Shown piece by piece: positions 15,801-28,900 of a DNA stretch of 64,000 bases (position 1 is the first letter of the stretch; the number at the start of each line of letters is the position of its first letter). The position numbers were made by a program, and so were the translations under genes. The stretch lies in assembly GCF_009914755.1 (NCBI RefSeq), contig NC_060933.1. One strand, written 5' to 3'. Source of the stretch: the human T2T-CHM13v2.0 reference genome, Homo sapiens. The notes beneath the pieces are model-generated. The model saw only the letters and a list, made by a program, of their open reading frames with translations. It was not told the origin of the DNA and did not search any database.

Positions 15801-18800
15801 TGGAATGGAATGGAATGGAATGGAATGGGATGGAATGGATTAAACCCGAGTGCAATAGAATGGAGTGGAATGGAAACAACCAGAATGGATTGGAATATAA
15901 TGGAGTGTAAGGTAATTGAATAGAATCAATCTGAATGTAATGAAATGGAATGGAACGGAATGGAATGGAATGGAATGGAATGGAATGGAATGGAATGGAA
16001 TGCAATGGAATGGAATCAACCCGAGTACAATGGAATGGAATGGAATGGCATGGAATGGAATGAAATGGAATGGACTGCAATGGAATGGAATCTTCCGGAA
16101 TGGAATGGAATGGAATGGAATGGAATGCAATGGATTCAACTCGATTGCAATGGAATGGAATAGAATGGAATGGAATGGAATGGAATGGAATTAAACCGAA
16201 TAGAATGGAATGGAATGGAATGGAACGCAACGGAACGGAACGCAAAGGAGTGGAATGGAATGGAATGGAATTGTATGGAATGGAATGGAATGGTACGGAA
16301 TAGAATGGAATGGAAAGAATTGGAATGGAATGGAATCGAATGGAATGGAATGGAATGGAATGGAATCAACCCGAGTGCAGGGGAATGTAATGGAACGGAA
16401 TGCAATGGAATGGAATCATCCGGAATGGAATGGAATGGAATGGAATGGAATGGAATGGAATGGAATGGAATCAACCCGAGTGCAATGGAATGGAGTGGAA
16501 TGGAATGGAATGGAATGGAACAACCCGAATGGAATGGAATGTAATGGAGAGTAAGGGAGTTGAATAGAATCAATCCGAATCTAATGGAATGGAACGGAAT
16601 GGAATGGAATGGAATGGAATGGAATGGAATGCAATGGAATGGAATCAACCCGAGTACAATGGAACGGCATGTAATGTAATGTAATGTAATGGAATGGAAT
16701 GGAATGGAATGGAATGGAATCAACCCGAGTGCAATGGAATGGAGAGGAATGGAATGGAATGGAATGGAAACTACCCGAATGGAATGGAATGTAATGGAGT
16801 GTAAGGGAATTGAATAGAATCAATCCGAATGGAATGGAATGGAACGAAATGTAATGGAATGGAATGGAATGGAATCAACCTGAGTGCAGGGGAATGGAAT
16901 GGAATGGAATGCACTGGAATGGAATCATCCGGAATCGGATGGAATGGAATGCAATGGAATGGAATGGAATGGAATCAACCCCAGTGCAATGGAATGGAGT
17001 GAAATGGAATGGAATGGAATGGAGACAACCAGAATGGATTGGAATATAATGGAGTGTAAGGGAATTGAATAGAATCAATCTGAATGTAATGAAATGGAAT
17101 GGAACGGAATGGAATGGAATGGAATGGAATGGAATGGAATGGAATGCAATGGAATGGAATCAACCCGAGAGCAATTGAATGGAATCGAATGGAATGGAAT
17201 GCAATGGAATGGATTCAAATTGAATGGAATAGAAAGAATGGAATCAACACGAGTGGAATGGCATGGATTGGAATGGAATGGAATGGAATCAACCCGAGTA
17301 CAGGGGAATGGAATGGAATGGAATGCAATGGAATGGAATCATCCGTAATGGAATGGAAAGGAATGGAATGGAATGGAATGGAATGGAATGGAATGGAATG
17401 GAATCAACTCGATTGCAATCGAATTGAATGGAATGGAATTAACCCGAATAGAATGGAATGGAATGGAATGGAACGGAACGGAATGGAATGGAATGGAACG
17501 GAATGGAATGGAACGGAACGGAACGGAACGGAATGGAATGGAATGGAATGGAATGGAATGGAATGGAATCAACGCGAGTGCAGGGGAATGGAATGGAATG
17601 CAATGCAATGGAATGGAATCTTTCAGAATGGAATGGAATGGAATGGAATGGAATGAAATGCAATGGATTCAACTCGATTGCAATGGAATGGAATAGAATG
17701 GAATGGAATGGAATGGAATGGAATCTACGCGAGTGCAGGGGAATGGAATGGAATGGAATGCAATGGAATGGAATCTTCCGGAATGGAATGGAATGGAATG
17801 GAATGGAATGAAATGCAATGGATTCAACTCGATTGCAATGGAATGGAATAGAATGGAATGGAATGGAATGGAAAGGAATTAATTCGAATAGAATGGAATG
17901 GAATGGAATGGAATGGAATGGAATAGAATGGAATGGAATGGAATCAACCCGAGTGCAATGTAATGGAGTGGAATGGAATGGAATGGAATGGAACAACCCG
18001 AATGGAATGGAATGTAATGGAGAGTAAGGGAGTTGAATAGAATCAATCCGAATGTAATGGAATGGAACGGAATGGATTTGAATGGAATGGAATGGAATGC
18101 AATGGAATGGAATCAACCCGAGTGCAATGGAATGGAGACGAATGGAATGGAATGGAATGGAAACTACCCGAATGGAATGGAATGGAATGGAGTGTAAGGG
18201 AATTGAATAGAATCAATCCGAATGTAATATAATGGAATGGAATGGAATGCAATGGAATGGAATGGAATGGAATGGAATGGAATCAACCCGAGTGCAATCG
18301 AATGGAATCGAATGGAATGGAATGCTATGGAATGGATTCAACTTGAATGGAATGGAAAGAATGGAATCAACACTAGTGGAATGGCATGGATTGCAATGGA
18401 ATGGAATGGAATCAACCCGAGTACAGAGGAATGGAATGGAATGGAATACAATGGAATGGAATCATCCGTAATGGAATAGAAAGGAATGGAATGGAATGGA
18501 ATGGAATGGAATCAACACAATTGCAATCGAATGGAATGGAATGGAATTAACCGGAATAGAATGGAATGGAATGGAATGGAACGGAACGGAACGGAACGGA
18601 ATGGAATGGAATGGAATGGAATGGAATGGAAAGGAACGGAAAGGAATGGAATGGAATGGAATGGAATGGAATGGAATGGAATGGAATGGAATCAATGCGA
18701 GTGGAGAGAAATGGAATGGAATGGAATGCAATGGAATGGAATCTTCCGGAATGGAATGGAATGGAATGGAATGGAATGAAATGCAATGGATTCAACTCGA

Positions 18801-19239
18801 TAGCAATGGAATGGAATAGAATGGAATGGAATGGAATGGAATGGAATTAACCCGAATAGAATGGAATGGAATGGAAAAGAACGGAATGCAATGGAATGGA
18901 ATGGAATGGAATGGTATGGAATGGAATGGAATGGTACGGAATAGAATGGAATGGAACGAATTGTAATGGAATGGAATTGAATGGAATGGAATGGAATGGA
19001 ATGGAATCAACGCGAGTGCAGGGGAATGTAATGGAACGGAATGCAATGGAATGGAATCATCCGGAATGGAATGGAATGGAATGGAATGGAATGGAATAAA
19101 CCCGAGTGCAATGGAATGTAGTGGAATGGAATGGAATGGAATGGAACAACCCGAATGGAATGGAATGTAATGGAGAGTAAGGGAGTTGAATAGAATCAAT
19201 CAGAATGTAATGGAATGGAATGCAACGGGATGGAATGGA

Positions 19240-21130
19240 ATGGAATGGAATGGAATGGAATCAACCCGAGTGGAATGGCATGGAATGGAATGCAATGGAA
19301 TGGAATAGAATGGAATCAACTCGAGTGGAAAGGAATGGAATGGAATGGTAAGGAATGGAATGAAATCAACTCGAGTGGAATGGAATGGAATGGAATGGAT
19401 TGGAATGGATTGCAATGGAATGAAATGGAATGGAATGGAATGGAATCAATCATTCCGAGTGGAATGGAAGGGAATGTAATTGAGTGGAAAGAAGGGAATG
19501 GAATCAACCCGATTGGAATGCAAGGCAATGGAATGGAATGGAAAGGAATGGAATGGAATCAACTCGATTGCAATGGAATGGAATGGAATGGAATGGAATG
19601 GAATGGAATAGAATTAACCGGAATAGAATGGAATGCAATGGAATGGAACGGAATGGAATGGAATGGAAGGGAATGGAATCAACACGAGTGCAGGGGAATG
19701 GAATGGAATGGAATGCAATGGAATGGAATCATCCGGAATGGAATGGAATGGAATGCAATCAACTCCATTGCAATGGAATGGAATGGAATGGAATGGAATA
19801 GAATGGAATGGAATTAACCCGAATAGAATAGAATGCAATAGAATGGAATGGAACGGAACCCAATGGAGTGGAATGGAATGGAATGGAATCAACCTGAGTG
19901 CAGGGGAATGGAATGGAATGGAATGCAATGGAATGGAATCATCCGGAATGGAATGGAATGGAATGGAATGGAATCAAACCGAGTGCAATGGAATGGAGTG
20001 AAATGGAATGGAATGGAATGGAAACAACCAGAATGGATTGGAATATAATGGAGTGTAAGGGAATTGCATAGAATCAATCTGAATGTAATGAAATGGAATG
20101 GAACGGAATTGAATGGAATGGAATGGAATCGAATGGAATGGAATGGAATGGAATCAACCGGAGTTCAATGGAATGGATTCGAATGGAATGGAATGGAGTG
20201 GAATGGATTCAACCCGAATGGAGTGGAAAGGAATGGAATCAACCCGAGTGGAATGGCATGGAATGGAATGGAATGGAATGGAATGGAATGGAATGGAATG
20301 GTTCAGAATAGAATGGATTGGAACAAAATGGAATGGAATGGAATGGAATGGAATGGAATGGAATGGAATAGAATGGAATGGAATCAAGTCGATTGCAATG
20401 GAATGGAATGGAATGGAATGGAACGGATTGGAATGGAATGGAATGGAATGGAATGGAATGGAATTAAATGGAATGGAATGGAATGGAATCAACCCGATTT
20501 CAGGGGAATGGAATGGAATGGAATGCAATGGAATGGAATGGAATGGAATGGAATCAACCCGAGTGGAATGGCATGGAATGGAATGCAATGGAATGGAATG
20601 GAATGGAATCAACTCGAGTGGAAAGGAATGGAATGGAATGGAAAGGAATGGAATGAAATCAACTCGAGTGGAATGGAATGGAATGGAATGGATTGGAATG
20701 GATTGCAATGGAATGAAATGGAATGGAATGGAATGGAATGGAATGGAATGGAATGGAATGGAATCAACCCGAGTGGAATGGCATGGAATGGAATGCAATG
20801 GAATGGAATGGAATGGAATGGAATCAACTCGAGTGGAAAGGAATGGAATAGAATGGAAAGGAATGGAATGAAATCAACTCGAGAGGAATGGAATGGAATG
20901 GAATGGATTGGAATGGATTGCAATGGAATGAAATGGAATGGAATGGAATGGAATCAATCATTCCGAGTGGAATGGAAGGGAATATAATGGAGTGGAAAGA
21001 AGGGAATGGAATCAACCCGAGTGGAATGCAAGGCAATGGAATGGAATGGAAAGGAATGGAAACGAATCAACTCGATTGCAATGGAATGGAATGCCATGGA
21101 AATTAATGGAATGGAATGGAAAGGAATGGA
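19240..21130 (+). repeat. Distinct HSat3 subfamily island, copy 1 (CAACTCGAGTGG / CAATCATTCCGAGT / CAAGTCGATT vocabulary)
   Basis: Uses spacers rare or absent elsewhere: CAATCATTCCGAGT (19447, 20955), GGAAAGAAGGG, GCAAGGCAAT, CAACTCCATT, GGTTCAG, CAAGTCGATT and CAACCCGATTTCAGG. No CTTCC HSE between 18752 and 21657. Confidence 0.8.
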
Positions 21131-22909
21131 ATGGAATGAAATGGAATGGAATGGAATGAAATGGAATGGAATGGAATGCAATGGAATGGAATCAACCAGA
21201 GTGCAATCGAATGGAATCGAATGGAATGGAATGCAATGGAATGGATTCAACTTGAATGGAATGGAAAGAATGGAATCAACACGAGTGGAATGGCATGGAT
21301 TGGAATGGAATGGAATGGAATCAACCCGAGTACAGGGGAATGGAATGGAATGGAATGCAACGGAATGGAATAATCCGTATTGGAATGGAAAGGAATGGAA
21401 TGGAATGGAATGGAATGGAAAGGAATGGAATGGAATCAACTCGATTGCAATCGAATGGAATGGAATGGAATTAACCCGAATAGAATGGAATGTAATGGAA
21501 TGGAACGGAACGGAACGGAACGGAATGGAATGGAATGGAATGGAATGGAACGGAAAGGAATGGAATGGAATGGAATGGAATGGAATGGAATGGAATGGAA
21601 TGGAATGGAATCAACGCGAGTGCAGGGGAATGGAATGTAATGGAATGCAATGGAATGGAATCTTCCGGAATGGAATGGAATGAAATTGAAAAAACCCGAG
21701 TGCAATGGAATGGAGTGCAATGGAATGGAATGGAATGGAACAACCCGAATGGAATCGAATGTAATGGAGAGTAAGGGAGTTGAATAGAATCAATCCGAAT
21801 GTAATGGAATGGAATGGAACGGAATGGAATGGAATGGAATGGAATGGAATGCAATGGAATGGAATCAACCCGAGTACAATGGAATGGAATGGAATGGAAA
21901 GGAATGGAATGGAATGGAGTGGAATGGAATGGAATGGAATCAACCCGAGTGCAATGGAATGGAGTGAAATGGAATGGAATGGAATGGAAACAACCAGAAT
22001 GGATTGGAATATAACGGAGTGTAAGGGAATTGAATAGAATCAATCTGAATGTAATGAAATGCAATGGAACGGAATGTAATGTAATGGAATGGAATGGAAT
22101 GGAAAGCAATGTAATGGAATCAACCCGAGTGCAATCGAATGGAATCGAATGGAATGGAATGCAATGGAATGGATTCAACTTGAATGGAAAGTAAAGAATG
22201 GAATCAACGCGAGTGGAATGGCATGGATTGGAATGGAATGGAATGGAATCAACCCGAGTACAGGGGAATGGAATGGAATGGAATGCAATGGAATGGAATC
22301 ATCCGTAATGGAATGGAAAGGAATGGAATGGAATGGAATGGAATGGAATGGAATGGAATGGAATGGAATCAACTCGATTGCAAACGAATGGAATGGAATG
22401 GAATTAACCCGAATAGAATGGAATGGAATGGAACGGAACGGAACGCAATGGAATGGAATGGAATTTAATGGAACGGAAAGGAATGGAATGGAATGGAATG
22501 GAATGGAATGGAATCAACTCGAGTGCAGGGGAATGGAATGGAATCAAATGGAATGGAATGGAATGGAATGGAATCAACCCGAGTTCAGGGGAATGTAATG
22601 GAACGGAATGCAATGGAATGGAATCATCCGAAATGGAATGGAATGGAATGGAATGGAATGGAATGAACCCGAGTGCAATGGAATGGAGTGGAATAGAATG
22701 GAATGGAATGGAACAACCCGAATGGAATGGAATGTAATGGAGAGTAAGGGAATTGAAAAGAATCAATCCGAATGGAATGGAATGGAATGGAACGGAATGG
22801 AATGGAATGGAATGGAATGGAATGGAATGCAATGGAATGGAATCAACCCGAGTACAATGGAATGGAATGGAATGGAATGGAATGGAATGGAATGCAATGG
22901 AATGGAATG

Positions 22910-25900
22910 GAATTAAACCGAATAGAATGGAATGGAATGGAATGGAATGGAACGGAACGGAATGGAATGGAATGGAATGGAATGGAATGGAATCAACCCG
23001 ACTGCAGGGGAATGGAATGGAATGGAATGGAATGGAATGGAATGGAATCATCCGGAACGGAATGGAATGGAATGGAATGGAATCAACTCGATTGCAATGG
23101 AATGGAATGGAATGGAATGGAATCGAATGGAATGGAATGGAATTAACCGGAATAGAATGGAATGGAATGGAATGGAACGGAATGGAATGGAATGGAATGC
23201 AATGGAATGGAATCAACCCGAGTGCAGGGGAATGGAATGGAATGGAATGCAATGGAATGGAATCATCCGTAATGGAATGGAAAGGAATGGAATGGAATGG
23301 AATGGAATGGAATGGAATGGAATCAACGCGAGTGCAGGGGAATGGAATGGAATGAAATGTAATGCAATGGAATGGAATGTTCCGGAATGGAATGGAATGG
23401 AATGGAATGGAATGGAATGGAATGGAATCAACCCGAGTGCAATGGAATGGAGTGGAATGGAATGGAATGGAATGGAACAACCCGAATGGAATGGAATGTA
23501 ATGGAGAGTAAGGGAGTTGAATAGAATCAATCCGAATGTAATGGAATGGAATGGAACGGAATGGAATTGAATGGAATGGAATGGAATGCAATGGAATGGA
23601 ATCAACCCGAGTGCAATGGAATGGAGAGGAATGGAATGGAATGGAATGGAAACTACCCGAATGGAATGGAATGTAATGGAGTGTAAGGGAATTGAATAGA
23701 ATCAATCGGAATGTAATGGACTGGAATGGAACGGAATGTAATGGAATGGAATGGAATGGAATGGAATGCAATGGAATGGAATCAACCCGAGTGCAGTCGA
23801 ATGGAATCGAATGGAATGGAATGCAATGGAATGGATTCAACTTGAATGGAATGGAAAGAATGGCATCAACACGAGTGGAATGGCATGGATTGGAATGGAA
23901 TGGAATGGAATCAACCCGAGTACAGGGGAATGGAATGGAATGGAATGCAATGGAATGGAATCATCCGTAATGGAATGGAAAGGAATGGAATGGAATGGAA
24001 AGGAATGGAATGGAATGGTATGGAATGGAATGGAATGGAATGGTACGGAATAGAATGGAATGGAACGAATTGTAATAGAATGGAATTGAATGGAATGGAA
24101 TGGAATCAACGCGAGTGCAGGGGAATGTAATGGAACGGAATGCAATGGAATGGAATCATCCGGAATGGAATGGAATGGAATGGAATGGAATGGAATGGAA
24201 TGGAATGGAATAAACCCGAGTGCAATGGAATGGAGTGGAATGGAAACAACCAGAATGGATTGGAATATAATGGAGTGTAAGGTAATTGAATAGAATCAAT
24301 CTGAATGTAATGAAATGGAATGGAACCGAATGGAATGGAATGGAATGGAATGGAATGGAATGCAATGGAATGGAATCAACCCTAGTACAATGGAATGGAA
24401 TGGAATGGAATGGAATGGCATGGAATGGAATGCAATGGAATGGAATCTTCCGGAATGGAATGGAATGGAATGGAATGGAATGGAATGCAATGGATTCAAC
24501 TCGATTGCAATGGAAAGGAATAGAATGGAATGGAATGGAAAGGAATGGAATTAAACCGAATAGAATGGAATGGAATGGAACGGAACGGAACGGAACGGAA
24601 CGGAGTGGAATGGAATGGAATGGAATTGTATGGAATGGAATGGAATGGTACGGAATAGAATGGAATGGAAAGAATTGGAATGGAATGGAATCGAATCGAA
24701 TGGAATGGAATGGAATGGAATCAACACGAGTGCAGGGGAATGTAATGGAACGGAATGCAATGGAATGGAATCATCCGGAATGGAATGGAATGGAATGGAA
24801 TGGAATGGAATGGAATGGAATCAACCCGAGTGCAATGGAATGGAGTGAAATGGAATGGAATGGAATGGAACAACCCGAATGGAATGGAATGTAATGGAGA
24901 GTAAGGGAGTTGAATAGAATCAATCCGAATGTAATGGAATGGAACGGAATGGAATGGAATGGAATGGAATGGAATGCAATGTAATGGAATCAACCCGAGT
25001 GCAATCGAATGGAATCGAATGGAATGGAATGAAATGGAATGGATTCAACTTGAATGGAAAGTAAAGAATGGAATCAACACGAGTGGAATGGCATGGATTG
25101 GAATGGAATGGAATGGAATCAACCCGAGTACAGGGGAATGGAATGGAATGGAATGCAATGGAATGGAATCATCCGTAATGGAATGGAAAGGAATGGAATG
25201 GAATGGAATGGAATGGAATGGAATGGAATGGAATCAACTCGATTGCAATCGAATGGAATGGAATGGAATTAACCCGAATAGAATGGAATGGAATGGAATG
25301 GAACGGAACGGAATGGAATGGAATGGAATGGAATGGAACGGAAAGGAAGGGAATGGAATGGAATAGAATAGAATGGAATGGAATCAACGCGAGTGCAGGG
25401 GAATGGAATGGAATGGAATGGAATGCAATGGAATGGAATGTTCCGGAATGGAATGGAATGGAATGGAATGGAATGGAATGGAATGGAATCAACCCGAGTG
25501 CAATGGAATGGAGTGGAATGGAATGGAATGGAATGGAACAACCCGAATGGAATGGAATGTAATGGAGAGTAAGGGAGTTGAATAGAATCAATCCGAATGT
25601 AATGGAATGGAATGGAACGGAATGGAATTGAATGGAATGGAATGGAATGCAATGGAATGGAATCAACCCGAGTGCAATGGAATGGAGAGGAATGGAATGG
25701 AATGGAATGGAAACTACCCGAATGGAATGGAATGTAATGGAGTGTAAGGGAATTGAATAGAATCAATCGGAATGTAATGGACTGGAATGGAACTGAATGT
25801 AATGGAATGGAATGGAATCAACCTGAGTGCAGGGGAATGGAATGGAATGGAATGCAATGGAATGGAATCATCCGGAATGGAATGGAATGGAATGGAATGG

Positions 25901-28900
25901 AATGGAATCAAACCGAGTGCAATGGAATGGAGTGAAATGGAATGGAATGGAATGGAAACAACCAGAATGGATTGGAATATAATGGAGTGTAAGGGAATTG
26001 CATAGAATCAATCTGAATGTAATGAAATGGAATGGAACGGAATTGAATGGAATGGAATGGAATCGAATGGAATGGAATGGAATGGAATCAACCGGAGTTC
26101 AATGGAATGGATTCGAATGGAATGGAATGGAGTGGAATGGATTCAACCCGAATGGAGTGGAAAGGAATGGAATCAACCCGAGTGGAATGGCATGGAATGG
26201 AATGGAATGGAATGGAATGGAATGGAATGGAATGGTTCAGAATAGAATGGATTGGAACAAAATGGAATGGAATGGAATGGAATGGAATGGAATGGAATGG
26301 AATAGAATGGAATGGAATCAAGTCGATTGCAATGGAATGGAATGGAATGGAATGGAACGGATTGGAATGGAATGGAATGGAATGGAATGGAATGGAATGA
26401 AATGCAATGGATTCAACTCGATTGCAATGGAATGGAATAGAATGGAATGGAATGGAATGGAATGGAATGGAATTAACCCAAATAGAATGGAATGGAATGG
26501 AATGGAACGGAATGGAACGGAATGGAATGGAATGGAATGGAATGGAATGGAATGGTATGGAATGGAATGGAATGGTACGGAATAGAATGGAATGGAACGA
26601 ATTGTAATGGAATGGAATTGAATGGAATGGAATGGAATCAACGCGAGTGCAGGGGAATGTAATGGAACGGAATGCAATGGAATGGAATCATCCGGAATGG
26701 AATGGAATGGAATGGAATGGATTAAACCCGAGTGCAATGGAATGGAGTGGAATGGAAACAACCAGAATGGATTGGAATATAATGGAGTGTAAGGTAATTG
26801 AATAGAATCAATCTGAATGTAATGAAATGGAATGGAACGGAATAGAATGGAATGGAATGGAATGGAATGGAATTAAACCGTATAGAATGGAATGGAATGG
26901 AATGGAACGGAACGGAACGGAACGGAAAGGAGTGGAATGGAATGGAATGGAATTGTATGGAATGGAATGGAATGGTACGGAATAGAATGGAATGGAAAGA
27001 ATTGGAATGGAATGGAATCGAATCGAATGTAATGGAATGGAATGGAATCAACCCGAGTGCAGGGGAATGTAATGGAACGGAATGCAATGGAATCGAATCA
27101 TCCGGAATGGAATGGAATGGAATGGAATGGAATGGAATGGAATGGAATCAACCCGAGTGCAATGGAATGGAGTGGAATGGAATGGAATGGAATGGAACAA
27201 CCCGAATGGAATGGAATGTAATGGAGAGTAAGGGAGTTGAATAGAATCAATCCGAATGTAATGGAATGGAACGGAATGGAATGGAATGGAATGGAATGGA
27301 ATGGAATGCAATGGAATGGAATCAACCCGAGTACAATGGAACGGAATGTAATGTAATGTAATGGAATGGAATGGAATGGAATGGAATGGAATGGAATCAA
27401 TGCGAGTGGAGGGGAATGGAATGGAATGGAATGCAATGGAATGGAATCTTCCGGAATGGAATGGAATGGAATGGAATGGAATGAAATGCAATGGATTCAA
27501 CTCGATTGCAATGGAATGGAATAGAATGGAATGGAATGGAATGGAATGGAATTAACCCGAATAGAATGGAATGGAATGGAATGGAACGGAATGCAATGGA
27601 ATGGAATGGAATGGAATGGTATGGAATGGAATGGAATGGTACGGAATAGAATGGAATGGAACGAATTGTAATGGAATGGAATTGAATGGAATGGAATGGA
27701 ATGGAATGGAATCAACGCGAGTGCAGGGGAATGTAATGGAACGGAATGCAATGGAATGGAATCATCCGGAATGGAATGGAATGGAATGGAATGGAATGGA
27801 ATGGAATGGAATGGAATAAACCCGAGTGAAATGGAATGGAGTGGAAAGGAATGGAATGGAATGGAACAACCCCAATGGAATGGAATGTAATGGAGAGTAA
27901 GGGAGTTGAATAGAATCAATCAGAATGTAATGTAATGGAATGCAACGGAATGGAATGGAATGGAATGGAATGGAATGGAATCAACCCGAGTGGAATGGCA
28001 TGGAATGGAATGCAATGGAATGGAATAAAATGGAATCAACTCGAGTGGAAAGGAATGGAATGGAATGGTAAGGAATGGAATGAAATCAACTCGAGTGGAA
28101 TGGAATGGAATGGAATGGATTGGAATGGATTGCAATGGAATGAAATGGAATGGAATGGAATGGAATCAATCATTCCGAGTGGAATGGAAGGGAATGTAAT
28201 TGAGTGGAAAGAAGGGAATGGAATCAACCCGATTGGAATGCAAGGCAATGGAATGGAATGGAAAGGAATGGAATGGAATCAACTCGATTGCAATGGAATG
28301 GAATGGAATGGAATGGAAAGGAATGGAATAGAATTAACCGGAATAGAATGGAATGCAATGGAATGGAACGGAATGGAATGGAATGGAAGGGAATGGAATC
28401 AACACGAGTGCAGGGGAATGGAATGGAATGGAATGCAATGGAATGGAATCATCCGGAATGAAATGGAATGGAATGCAATCAACTCCATTGCAATGGAATG
28501 GAATGGAATGGAATGGAATAGAATGGAATGGAATTAACCCGAATAGAATAGAATGCAATAGAATGGAATGGAACGGAACCCAATGGAGTGGAATGGAATG
28601 GAATGGAATCAACCTGAGTGCAGGGGAATGGAATGGAATGGAATGCAATGGAATGGAATCATCCGGAATGGAATGGAATGGAATGGAATGGAATCAAACC
28701 GAGTGCAATGGAATGGAGTGAAATGGAATGGAATGGAATGGAAACAACCAGAATGGATTGGAATATAATGGAGTGTAAGAGAATTGCATAGAATCAATCT
28801 GAATGTAATGAAATGGAATGGAACGGAATGGAATGGAATGGAATGGAATCGAATGGAATGGAATGGAATGGAATCAACCGGAGTGCAATGGAATGGATTC

